32,822 nucleotides of DNA, taken from Aeromicrobium sp. (GTDB lineage: Bacteria > Actinomycetota > Actinomycetes > Propionibacteriales > Nocardioidaceae). Position 1 is the stretch's first letter; every line of letters begins with the position of its first letter. The stretch is taken from contig DATFFJ010000117.1 in assembly GCA_035250065.1 (NCBI GenBank), positions 1 through 32,822 of the forward strand, in the 5' to 3' direction. The notes beneath the pieces were generated by a model. It was not told the DNA's origin. It saw nothing but the letters and a program-made list of their open reading frames with translations, and made no database searches. The translations under genes were made by a program, and so were the position numbers. Shown piece by piece: positions 7,501 through 14,473 of the stretch.

Positions 7501-10406
7501 ATTTCTTGGGGGCCGGTCCTGAGGTCGCCGCGATGGCTCGCTGGTTCGGCCTGACTGACATCGCTGAAGCCGCGGCCGCCGAAGAGCGGGGGGCTTGGGT
7601 CGACGACGTCGCCGTCGTCACGGGTGCCAGTGACGGGTCGATCGCGGCCTCGATCGTGGCCGACCTGCTGCGCGGCGGTGCGACGGTCGTTGCCACGACG
7701 TCATCCCTCGACGCCCCCAAGTTGGCGTTCTTCAAGAACCTGTACCGGACGAACGCTCGGGTCGGAGCCACGCTGTGGGTCGTCCCGGCCAACATGGCCT
7801 CGTACCAGGATGTCGACGCACTCGTCGAGTGGGTCAGCACCGAGCAGACGCGTTCGGTCGGCCCGACGACTCACGTCACCAAGCCGGCACTGCGCCCGAC
7901 GCTGTTGTTCCCGTTCGCTGCCGGGCGGGTCCTCGGCGATGCTGCCGATGCTGGTTCGCGCGCCGAGGTCGAGGCCCGCATCCTGCTGTGGTCGGTCGAG
8001 CGCCTGGTCGGCGCACGCTGGCACGGCGTCTCCGAGACTGACCGACTGCACGTCGTCCTGCCCGGCTCGCCCAACCGGGGCATGTTCGGCGGAGATGGCG
8101 CCTACGGCGAGACCAAGGCCGCCCTCGATGCCCTGGTCGCCAGGTCGGCCCGCGAGTCGTGGGGCCGTCGGGTGACGCTGGCTCACGCAGTCATCGGCTG
8201 GGTGCGTGGCACCGGCCTGATGGGTGGCAACGACACCCTCGTCGCAGCGGTGGAAGCCGCCGGAGTCCGCACCTGGACGCCGGATGAGATGGCCGCCGAG
8301 CTACTCGACCTGTGCACGCCCGCGGCGCGTCGGAATGCCGCTGAGCAGGCGCTTCATGCTGACTTCGCGGCCGGCTTGGCCGACGTCGACCTGTCGGCGC
8401 TGACCCCGATGTCGCCACCCCCCGAGGAGGAGGCGTTCGACGGGGTCACGATCGACGCACTGCCGCCGTCGCCGGCCGATGTGGTCGACGCAGCGCCACT
8501 CCCGTGGGCTGAGGTATCGCTGCGGCCCGAGGACATGGTCGTGATCGTCGGTGCCGGCGAGCTCGGGCCGCACGGTTCGTCGCGCACCCGCTACCAGATG
8601 GAGATCGCCGATGCGCTGTCGGCGGCCGGTGTTCTGGAGCTGGCCTGGGTGACCGGTCTCGTTCGTTGGGATGCTGCCGGACGCACCTGGTTCGACGTCG
8701 AATCCGGCGACCCGGTTTCGGAGTCCGCCATCGCCGAGCGGTATCGCGAGGCCGTCGCCGAGCGCTGCGGCATCCGGTCGTACGTCGACGACGGCACGAT
8801 GGTCGATCATTCAGCGCCGCTGCTGTCGTCGGTGTTCCTCGACCGCGACCTGGCGTTCAACGTCGCCAGTGAAGCCGAAGCGAAGGCCTTGCAGGCCGCC
8901 GCGCCCGAGCACACCACGATCGAGCCGACTCCGGACGGCGACTGGATCGTGCGTCGCAAGGCTGGTTCGGAGATCCGGGTGCCGCTGCGCAAGCCGATCA
9001 CCCGAACCGTCGGTGGACAGATTCCGACCGGATTCGATCCGGCTGCCTGGGGCATCCCGGGCGAGATGGTCGAATCGGTTGACCGGGTGGCCCTGTGGAA
9101 CCTGGTCTGCACCGTCGATGCCTTCCTGTCCAGCGGCATCACGCCGACTGAGCTCATGCAGGCCGTTCACCCGGCCCGCGTCGCCAACACCCAAGGCACC
9201 GGCATGGGCGGCATGACCTCGATGCAGTCGCTTTACATCGACAACCTGCTCGGCAAGAGCGTCCCCAACGACTTGCTCCAGGAGGCGCTGCCGAACGTCA
9301 TCGCCGCCCACGTCGTGCAGTCCTACGTCGGCAGCTACGGATCGATGATCCACCCGGTCGCCGCCTGCGCCACCACGGCCGTCTCGGTCGAGGAAGGGGT
9401 CGACAAGATCCGTGTGGGCAAGGCCGACGTCGTCGTCGCGGGTGGCTTCGATGACCTTGGGACCGAAGGCATTGTCGGGTTTGCCTCGATGTCCGCCACG
9501 GCCGACACCGAGGCCATGCGGGCTCAAGGCATAGATGATCGTCGGTTCAGCCGGGCGAACGACCGGCGCCGGGGCGGTTTCGTCGAATCGCAGGGCGGCG
9601 GCACGCTGCTGCTCGCCCGCGGTGACGTCGCCCTGCGGATGGGTCTGCCCGTCCTCGGCGTCGTCGCCTACGCCGGTTCATTCGGCGACGGCATCCACCA
9701 GTCGATCCCGGCTCCCGGTCTCGGAGCCCTGGCCGCGGGCCTCGGCGGGCCAGAATCCATGCTGGCGAGATCTCTCGCTGCCCATGGTGTTGCGGCGGAT
9801 GACATCGCCGTTGTCAGCAAGCACGACACGTCCACGGCGGCCAACGATCCGAACGAGTCGGACCTGCACGAGCGCCTCGCCACCGCGCTCGGCCGCGACG
9901 CCGGCAACCCGCTGCTGGTGGTGTCGCAGAAGTCCCTGACCGGCCACGCCAAGGGTGGAGCCGCCGCCTTCCAGTTGACCGGGTTGTGCCAGACGCTGGT
10001 CGATGGTGTCGTTCCGCCGAACCGGAGCCTGGACTGCGTCGACGACGCGCTCGCGAAGCACCAGCGCCTCGTCTGGCTGCGGGAGCCGCTGGCCACCGGA
10101 CCGCTGAAGGCGGGCCTCGTGACCAGCCTCGGCTTCGGGCACGTGGCCGGCCTCATCGCCGTGGTCCATCCCGAGGCATTCCTCGCCACACTCGACGAGA
10201 GCGAGCGGTCGGCGTACGAAGCAGCCGCGCGTCGGCGTCGCGTCGAGGGCAGGCTCCGGATTGCCCGCGTCATGCTCGGCGAGGACGGCTACGTCAAGCC
10301 GCGCGGACGGCGGCTGGGCGAGAAGCCCGCCGCGGACATCGAGGCTGCGGTGCTGCTCGATGCGACCGCCCGACTCGGCGAGGACGAGGTCTACGCATGT
10401 CAGTGA
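1512..10406 (+). CDS. fas: Type I multifunctional fatty acid synthase (bacterial FAS-I: AT-ER-DH-MPT-ACP-KR-KS)
   Basis: ~2960-aa uninterrupted ORF. AT GHSQG; FMN enoyl reductase LLAGMTPTTV, EGGKAGGHHS; MaoC-like DH SGDHNPIH; MPT GHSVGEY; ACP LCDGASSRRNQLL; KR VTGASDGSI and YGETK; KS PVAACAT, SKHDTST, TGHAKGG. Start is uncertain (ATG 1503 or GTG 1512). Confidence 0.96.
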   Translation: MTLTPPHPPASPTASARTALGAGGTSRLRGTPAGMLAAASGGRLLDRLAAGTPFGIVFGGQGEAAWLEHLADVLRRHDVELSALLAAVEEQLAPVADELRRTGTSFEPLVWADRIAAGESAVDDDWPAPPSADDLLMPSVAIPGVTLSQIAGLRALLGLGLDPAGAVAVAGHSQGVLAAAAVEDLPDVEVMAIARLAGVAVEQVARREGLLGATMLNVTGPTTDEIAALLRDLPDSARVVARVRNGRRSTVLSGPADGIARAAELFGDSATTEPVAARAAFHHPDLEPAAELVAAWAEQCGLDPVRAADLTRAAIIAPVDWVDSVEELVQAGARWLVDLGPGDLATRLSVPEATAFGLGVVAPTTRRGFRDLTVVGDGPRPRPAWSSFQPSVVTLPDGSMRAETKFTRLTGRSPILLAGMTPTTVDPAIVAAAANAGFWAELAGGGQVTEPIFAANVERLDALLDDGRTYAFNSLFLDPYLWRLQIGGRKLVQRARAAGSAVDAVVVTAGIPDLDDAVALIEELHAAGIEHVVFKPGTAEQIRQVLAIADAVAPTDVIVQIEGGKAGGHHSDEDLDQLLIDTYAKLRQRDNVVVCVGGGIGTPEDAVRYLTGSWSVDLSFPAMPLDGVLVGTAAMATLEATTSPAVKQLLVETTSDQVVSGRSQLGAAIHEIDNAASRTGRLLDEVAGDADAVASRRDEIIAAIDRTAKPYFGDVAAMTYGQLLDRFAALACPDAWLDVTLRDRFHELAQRAEARLHPADEGPIPTLFESADDVDHPAAALTHLRAAHPSVDDVILHPVDVHFFIEVCRRPGKPVPFVPVIDADVRWWWRSDSLWQAHDPRFDADAVCVIPGPAAVDGIIQADEPVADLLRRFESAVVDAVEGPSTGVDGLRRSDGLVGPVSLALAAPDVDWDGRIVRNPVTALGVDWVVVNPERVEHPETGASLVALSDTTAGLAVPVGASTLRFTLRVDAAVAAGAAPVIEDADVTLGALLASMAGPVSADGTVPWSPDLIADHAAVTAVESFRALAVPDVLVGLTWPAVFAALGERPDVVSGILDLVHLDHSISGRVPDNAADLDIAAHVRDVADTEFGRVVTVDVTVADGETVVATLVERFALRGRPGDAELAAPVVAGGSAAGVQDTPRRRRARKTVVAPTDLRPFADVSGDHNPIHTSMAAARIAGLGGPIVHGMWLSAVAQRAVSEESGRTLTGWTARFLAPVRPGDTVEITADRISIVDGDEVVDVAARVDGEVVLTATGRLAAPRTAYVFPGQGIQSRGMGMEAYARSRAAREIWDRADTHTREHLGFSILEVVRDNPTALRVRSGDGQAHTFRHPDGVLFLTQFTQVAMAVLASAQVAELRESGVFVEGALTAGHSVGEYNALAAVTGTLTLEAVVEVVYQRGTVMHELVPRDAEGRSDYRLAAIRPSQIGLDDDDVRDFVASIAFETGEFLEIANENLRGSQYVVAGTVRGCEALEAEVERRRVEAGGRGAFVLVPGIDVPFHSRVLRGGVDSFRARLDELLPPAIDPEILVGRYVPNLVARTFSLDDDFLRSILDVVPAERIEAVLADRAAWIGREGELCRLVLVELLAWQFASPVRWIETQDLFFASPADSINGEAGLGVERVVEVGVGSAPTLANIASQTVKLPRVARRLAGPVEVLNVERDSAAVFGTDEDLPVDADEPDTDEAQADTAPEPAAPATRATDNVEPVADLSFSAGDAARLLIAWWTKVRPDQLGAADSIESLCDGASSRRNQLLVDLGAELSLGAIDGAAEADLPTLTQTVTGLARGYRPLGPVLSATLADHLKDVLGPAGVRSAAISDRVANHWSLGPGWATHVLTRFALATRDGASTRGDSLRTAEPPTSAGDVDALVDGVVLSLAAERGVTVEPAGSGEALAVDAEALAAVTGDITGALVASARELLERLGEETAPVTAGSTDDDAAEILARVEAELGRDWVKATAPAFDTQRAVLLDDRWASVREDVVRIASGQEVEADFLGAGPEVAAMARWFGLTDIAEAAAAEERGAWVDDVAVVTGASDGSIAASIVADLLRGGATVVATTSSLDAPKLAFFKNLYRTNARVGATLWVVPANMASYQDVDALVEWVSTEQTRSVGPTTHVTKPALRPTLLFPFAAGRVLGDAADAGSRAEVEARILLWSVERLVGARWHGVSETDRLHVVLPGSPNRGMFGGDGAYGETKAALDALVARSARESWGRRVTLAHAVIGWVRGTGLMGGNDTLVAAVEAAGVRTWTPDEMAAELLDLCTPAARRNAAEQALHADFAAGLADVDLSALTPMSPPPEEEAFDGVTIDALPPSPADVVDAAPLPWAEVSLRPEDMVVIVGAGELGPHGSSRTRYQMEIADALSAAGVLELAWVTGLVRWDAAGRTWFDVESGDPVSESAIAERYREAVAERCGIRSYVDDGTMVDHSAPLLSSVFLDRDLAFNVASEAEAKALQAAAPEHTTIEPTPDGDWIVRRKAGSEIRVPLRKPITRTVGGQIPTGFDPAAWGIPGEMVESVDRVALWNLVCTVDAFLSSGITPTELMQAVHPARVANTQGTGMGGMTSMQSLYIDNLLGKSVPNDLLQEALPNVIAAHVVQSYVGSYGSMIHPVAACATTAVSVEEGVDKIRVGKADVVVAGGFDDLGTEGIVGFASMSATADTEAMRAQGIDDRRFSRANDRRRGGFVESQGGGTLLLARGDVALRMGLPVLGVVAYAGSFGDGIHQSIPAPGLGALAAGLGGPESMLARSLAAHGVAADDIAVVSKHDTSTAANDPNESDLHERLATALGRDAGNPLLVVSQKSLTGHAKGGAAAFQLTGLCQTLVDGVVPPNRSLDCVDDALAKHQRLVWLREPLATGPLKAGLVTSLGFGHVAGLIAVVHPEAFLATLDESERSAYEAAARRRRVEGRLRIARVMLGEDGYVKPRGRRLGEKPAADIEAAVLLDATARLGEDEVYACQ

Positions 10407-10825
10407 TTGAAGCGCCACCCATCGGCCACGTCCTGGGTGTTGGCGTCGACTTGGTCCACGTGCCGACGTTCGCCGAGCAACTCGACGTTCCCGGATCCCG
10501 GTTCGCCGGCGTGTTCACGCCGGGGGAGAGGTCTGACGTGGCCGAGCGGGGTGGCGATGCTCGGCACTGGGCCGTCCGCTGGGCGGCCAAGGAGGCCGTC
10601 GTCAAGGCCTGGTCGGCCGCGCTGTTCGGCGAACCGGCCGTCATGGGCGATGAGGTGTTCGGCCTGATCGAGACCGTCACGGATGCATGGGGACGGCCGC
10701 AGGTTCGACTGCATGGCGAAGTCGCGCGTCATCTGGCCGGCTGCTCGATCGATGTGTCGCTGAGTCACGACGGCGACCACGCGATCGCCTATGCCGTGCT
10801 CAGTCAGTCGGCGCTTTCGGCCTGA
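10397..10825 (+). CDS. acpS: Holo-ACP synthase (4'-phosphopantetheinyl transferase)
   Basis: GVGVDLV, FTPGE, RWAAKEAVVKAW, GRP, VSLSHDGD motifs. Starts at ATG 10397 (or GTG 10403), overlapping the fas stop. Confidence 0.93.
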   Translation: MSVIEAPPIGHVLGVGVDLVHVPTFAEQLDVPGSRFAGVFTPGERSDVAERGGDARHWAVRWAAKEAVVKAWSAALFGEPAVMGDEVFGLIETVTDAWGRPQVRLHGEVARHLAGCSIDVSLSHDGDHAIAYAVLSQSALSA

Positions 10826-11433
10826 AGCAGGTAGGCCGACAGCAGTCGCTTGAGCTCGATGACGGCTTCACGGTGCTCCTGCCCGTCGCGGATCGAGAAG
10901 TTGAACATCGAGTACGCAACGTGGACGATCACCTCAGCGATGATGCGCCTGCGGTCGCGCGGTGTGCCCGGCGTGAGCGGGGCCAGGACCCGAGCAATGT
11001 CGCCGGCCAGTTCGCGCTCGTAGAGCGCCGCTGTGGCCCGGGTGGCCGGAGTCGACTGGACCGCGTGCCAGACGGCGCGACGCGAGGGGTCGTCGCGCCA
11101 GAGAGCCGCGACGTGGTCGAGCAGGCGGTTGAGCAGCTTGACCCAGTCGAGCGACGGGATCTGCGCGGCGAATTTGGCCACCTCGTCCCGGACCGCCTCG
11201 GTGTCGACCCGATCGAGCTCGCACACGATGACGTACTTGTTGGCGAAGAACTGGTAGAGCGTGCCGATCGGCACCTCGGCTCGGTGGGCGACTTCCTCGC
11301 AGGTGAACGACTCGAAACCAACCTCCAGCAGGAGTTCACGGGAGACCTCGAGGAGCCGGTCGAACTTCTTCTGGCTGCGCTCCTGGGTGGGACGCCGCCG
11401 TGGCTCGAGGATCTCGGGAGCACTGGTGGTCAT
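10804..11433 (-). CDS. fasR: TetR-family regulator, FasR-like
   Basis: PRRRPTQERS...GFESFTCEEVAHRAEVPIGTLYQFFANKYVIVCELDRVD and LWRDDPSRRAVWHAVQSTPATRATA closely match my recollection of corynebacterial FasR. Convergent with acpS next to fas. Start ATG 11433. Confidence 0.8.
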   Translation of the reverse strand: MTTSAPEILEPRRRPTQERSQKKFDRLLEVSRELLLEVGFESFTCEEVAHRAEVPIGTLYQFFANKYVIVCELDRVDTEAVRDEVAKFAAQIPSLDWVKLLNRLLDHVAALWRDDPSRRAVWHAVQSTPATRATAALYERELAGDIARVLAPLTPGTPRDRRRIIAEVIVHVAYSMFNFSIRDGQEHREAVIELKRLLSAYLLQAESAD

Positions 11434-11483
11434 GGTGGTTTCAGAGCCTAGCGTCGGTGGTCGGGGAGAGTGACGTACGAAAC

Positions 11484-11499
11484 ATGAGGATGTACTCAT
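11484..11499. promoter_or_regulatory. Putative FasR operator copy 3: ATGAG-GATGTA-CTCAT
   Basis: Palindrome extends to CATGAG-N6-CTCATG, preceded by AAA. Lies in the fasR/carboxyltransferase divergent spacer. Confidence 0.75.
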
Positions 11500-11504
11500 G
11501 ATAG

Positions 11505-11513
11505 TGCTAGAAT
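11505..11513 (+). promoter_or_regulatory. Extended -10 (TGcTAGAAT) for the carboxyltransferase-biotin carrier operon
   Basis: TGn-TAGAAT between operator copies 3 and 4. GGAG RBS and ATG 11543 downstream. Confidence 0.6.
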
Positions 11514-11529
11514 GTGAGAACAACCTCAT
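11514..11529. promoter_or_regulatory. Putative FasR operator copy 4: GTGAG-AACAAC-CTCAT
   Basis: One mismatch, followed by GTTT. Covers the expected transcription start. Confidence 0.7.
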
Positions 11530-11542
11530 GTTTGGAGCTGCC

Positions 11543-13036
11543 ATGACGATCGCGCCACATCACGCCCTGGGACACCCGCACGCCGTGTCCCATCCCCGAC
11601 GCACTGTCCTGGACCGCCGCGAGGCCGCGGCCCAGCGCGTCGAGCCGCGTGGGCGACGGACGATGACCGCGGAGGAGCGCGCCGCTGAGCTGGTCGATCA
11701 GGGAACGTTCACCTGGATCAATCGCCAGTACGCCGCGAAGGCCGGTGTGGTCACCGGGTGGGGGCTCGTGGACGGGCGTCCGGTCGTCGTGACCAGCCAA
11801 GACGCCGCGATCGCGTCCGGTGCCATCGGCACCGAGCTGGCTGACGCGGTGCAATCGGCGCAGCGCTTCGCCATCGATCACGGTTATCCCATCGTGTACC
11901 TCAACGACTCCGGCGGAGCCCGCATCCACGACGGGATCAAGGCGCTCCACGGCTGCGGCGGCATCTTCAACCTCAACGTGAAGGCCACCCGACGCGTGCC
12001 CCAGATCTCGGTCATCCTCGGGCCGTGTGCCGGCGCCGCGGCGTACTCGCCGGCGCTGACGGACTGGACGATCATGGTCCGCGAACTCGGTCAGATGTTC
12101 CTGACGGGCCCTGACATCGTCAAGGCGGCCACCGGTGAGGACGCGACGGCCGAGGAGATCGGTGGCAGCGGGATGCATGCCGGCACCAGTGGGGTCGCCC
12201 ACCTGGCCGTCGACGATGAGTCGTCCGCGCTGGCAGCAGCTCGGCACCTGCTCTCGTTCCTGCCGTCGCACGCCGGTGGCGCGTTGCCCGGGTTGCCATC
12301 CATCGACCCCGACCCGATTGCCGAGGCCCGGCTGTCGACCGTCGTGCCGGAAAAGGCGAGCGTCGTCTTTGACATGCACGATGTGCTGAATGGTGTCCTC
12401 GACCGCGGTCCCCGGCTGGAGCTGATGCCCGACTACGCGCCCAGCGTCATCACGATGCTGGCCCGGCTCGACGGGCGTCCGGTGGGCGTCGTGGCCAACC
12501 AGCCGAAGGCTCGTGGCGGCATCCTCGACGCGAAGTCGTCGGTCAAGGCCGCGCGGTTCATCAACTTCTGCGGTCGGTTCGGCGTGCCGGTGCTGACGTT
12601 CGTCGATGTACCCGGCTTCCTGCCGGGCACGGTGGAGGAGTCGCGCGGCGTCATCACGCACGGTGCGACCCTGCTGCGTGCCTACGCCGAAGCCGACGAC
12701 GTGGCCAAGCTGACGATCATCGTGCGGAAGGCGTACGGCGGGGCGTACATCGCCATGGGCTCGCCGTCGATCGGCGCCGATCGCTCGTGGGCCTGGCCGG
12801 CCTCCGAGGTCGCCGTGATGGGGCCGGGCGGAGCCGTCGGGCTTCTGCACCGGCGCGCGTTGGCCGATGCTGAAGACCCGGCCGCTCTGCGGGACGAACT
12901 GGCCGCCAAGTACCGCGAGGAAGTCGCGTCTCCCTACGTAGCCGCGGACGCCGGTATCGTCGACGACGTGATCCTTCCCGAGGAGACTCGCGCCCGTCTG
13001 GTGGGTGCGTTGCGGGTGATGAGCGCCCGTCCATGA
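11543..13036 (+). CDS. Acyl-CoA carboxylase carboxyltransferase (beta) subunit, AccD/PccB family
   Basis: DSGGARIHDG, PQISVILGPCAG, MFLTGP, VVANQP, FVDVPGFLPG, RKAYGGAY, AWP..EVAVMG motifs. GGAG RBS before ATG 11543. Confidence 0.92.
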   Translation: MTIAPHHALGHPHAVSHPRRTVLDRREAAAQRVEPRGRRTMTAEERAAELVDQGTFTWINRQYAAKAGVVTGWGLVDGRPVVVTSQDAAIASGAIGTELADAVQSAQRFAIDHGYPIVYLNDSGGARIHDGIKALHGCGGIFNLNVKATRRVPQISVILGPCAGAAAYSPALTDWTIMVRELGQMFLTGPDIVKAATGEDATAEEIGGSGMHAGTSGVAHLAVDDESSALAAARHLLSFLPSHAGGALPGLPSIDPDPIAEARLSTVVPEKASVVFDMHDVLNGVLDRGPRLELMPDYAPSVITMLARLDGRPVGVVANQPKARGGILDAKSSVKAARFINFCGRFGVPVLTFVDVPGFLPGTVEESRGVITHGATLLRAYAEADDVAKLTIIVRKAYGGAYIAMGSPSIGADRSWAWPASEVAVMGPGGAVGLLHRRALADAEDPAALRDELAAKYREEVASPYVAADAGIVDDVILPEETRARLVGALRVMSARP

Positions 13037-13257
13037 CCGATTCCGTTCCGCTGCCGGCGCCCATCGTGGCGAACGTGTGGCAGCTGCGCGTCGCCGTCGG
13101 TGACGCCGTGGACATCGGCACCGTGGTGGCCGTGCTGGAATCGATGAAGATGGAGATCCCGGTCGAGGCTCACGTGGCTGGCACGGTCGTCGACCTGCCG
13201 GCTCCGGAGGGGACGATCGTTCAGGAAGGCGATCCGGTCGCGGTCATCCAGCTGTGA
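13033..13257 (+). CDS. Stand-alone biotinyl/lipoyl carrier protein (74 aa)
   Basis: VLESMKMEIPV biotinylation motif. ATGA overlap with the carboxyltransferase stop. Confidence 0.9.
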   Translation: MTDSVPLPAPIVANVWQLRVAVGDAVDIGTVVAVLESMKMEIPVEAHVAGTVVDLPAPEGTIVQEGDPVAVIQL

Positions 13258-13269
13258 TCCGCTGGCCGG

Positions 13270-13716
13270 CTATGCCGTCTCGAGCGCCGCGTCGAGCGTG
13301 ATGGCCGTTCCGCCCAAGGCCTTGCTGATCGGGCAGCCGGCTTTGGCTTTGTCGGCGGCGGCCTGGAATGCGGCGTCGTCGATGCCCTCGGCTTCGGCCC
13401 GAACGGTGAGCTTGATGGCCGTGATCTTGAAGCCACCTTCGGGATCGGGGCCCAAGCTGACCGCCGCCGTCACGTCTGACCGGATCGGGGTGCCGCCAGC
13501 CTGTGCGATCTCGTTGGAGAGGGCCATGGAATAGCAGGACGAGTGCGACGCGGCGAGGAGCTCCTCCGGCGTGGTGACGGAGCCGTCGTTCTCATCTGAG
13601 GCGCGCTTGGGGAACGAAACGTCGAAGGTGCCCAGGCCTGAGCTGCTCAGTTCAACCTGGCCGGATCCGTCTTGGAGGCCGCCATCCCAGGCGGTGCGTG
13701 ATTCGCGAGTTGGCAT
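13270..13716 (-). CDS. osmC: OsmC-family peroxiredoxin
   Basis: TAWDGGLQDGSG, TTPEELLAASHSSCYSMAL, CPISKAL with both conserved Cys. TAACGT 7 nt upstream of ATG 13716. Confidence 0.9.
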   Translation of the reverse strand: MPTRESRTAWDGGLQDGSGQVELSSSGLGTFDVSFPKRASDENDGSVTTPEELLAASHSSCYSMALSNEIAQAGGTPIRSDVTAAVSLGPDPEGGFKITAIKLTVRAEAEGIDDAAFQAAADKAKAGCPISKALGGTAITLDAALETA

Positions 13717-13745
13717 GGCCCCGACGTTACTCGCGGCCGGGTCCG

Positions 13746-14324
13746 TCATGGCGCGTCGGTGGCAGGCGCGACCTCGTACTTCGCATTGACGAACTGCTTG
13801 GCGCGGTTGACCTCGACGAGCCGGAGCCGCGTCGAATCGAGAACGCGGGGGAGCAGTGGTGCGCCGGCGCCGAGCGTCACTGGCGCGATGGAGACGTGGA
13901 CCTCATCCAGCGCCGCGGCGTCGGCGAACTGGCCGACAAGGTCGCCGCCGCCCACCAGCCATACGTCCTTCTCGCCGGCGGCCTCGCGGATGGCGGGAAG
14001 GTGCTCGCTCACCTCGCCGCTGACGAAGCGAACGTTGGCACCGGGGATGACGGGCAGGTCGGTGCGCGAGGTGAAGACGAAGGTCGGTCGGTCGCCGTGG
14101 AACTCCTGCCACTTCTCTGGGTGCTCGAGCAGGTTCTCGTGTTCGATGATCCAGCGATACGTCGACGATCCCTCGACCATCGCGCCCACACCCTGGATGA
14201 AGGTGTTCATCTCGCCGAGACTCTCCTGGCCGCCGTCGACGACGAACAGCCAGTCCAGGGAATGGTTCGGATCGGCCAAGTACCCGTCGAGCGTGGTTGC
14301 GGTCGCGTAGACGAAGCGGGTCAT
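13746..14324 (-). CDS. Dihydrofolate reductase-like / RibD C-terminal domain protein
   Basis: ATTLDGYLAD, LDWL, GSSTY, DVWLVGGGDL, LDEVHVSIAPVTLGAGAPL. Confidence 0.88.
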   Translation of the reverse strand: MTRFVYATATTLDGYLADPNHSLDWLFVVDGGQESLGEMNTFIQGVGAMVEGSSTYRWIIEHENLLEHPEKWQEFHGDRPTFVFTSRTDLPVIPGANVRFVSGEVSEHLPAIREAAGEKDVWLVGGGDLVGQFADAAALDEVHVSIAPVTLGAGAPLLPRVLDSTRLRLVEVNRAKQFVNAKYEVAPATDAP

Positions 14325-14371
14325 GGTGCGACCGTACGACGCGGCGCGGACGTTTTCGCCCGGGGCGCCGC

Positions 14372-14380
14372 TGGTAGGCT
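14372..14380 (+). promoter_or_regulatory. Extended -10 (TGgTAGGCT) for tRNA-Arg
   Basis: TGn-TAGGCT ending 14 nt before the tRNA 5' end. Confidence 0.55.
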
Positions 14381-14394
14381 CACGTGGTCGTTGG

Positions 14395-14469
14395 GCCCCC
14401 GTAGCTCAGGGGATAGAGCACCGCCCTCCGGAGGCGGGAGCGCAGGTTCGAATCCTGCCGGGGGCGCCA
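14395..14469 (+). tRNA. tRNA-Arg (anticodon CCG)
   Basis: Acceptor stem GCCCCCG/CGGGGGC, D arm TAGCTCAGGGGATAGAGC, anticodon stem CCGCC/GGCGG with loop CT-CCG-GA, T arm GCAGG-TTCGAAT-CCTGC, encoded CCA at 14467-14469. Confidence 0.97.
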
Positions 14470-14473
14470 CATT

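Noticed and set aside
9986-10396. Long N-terminal extension of acpS in the ORF track
   Set aside because: It lies inside the fas KS region in another frame. AcpS similarity starts only at 10397.
1476-10406. Reading the giant ORF as a polyketide synthase or secondary-metabolite cluster with AlkZ self-resistance
   Set aside because: The domain order AT-ER-DH-MPT-ACP-KR-KS with acpS and FasR is primary-metabolism FAS-I, and no tailoring genes are adjacent.
14395-14469. tRNA-Arg as an integration site for a genomic island
   Set aside because: No integrase, no duplicated tRNA 3' end and no obvious compositional shift seen by eye.
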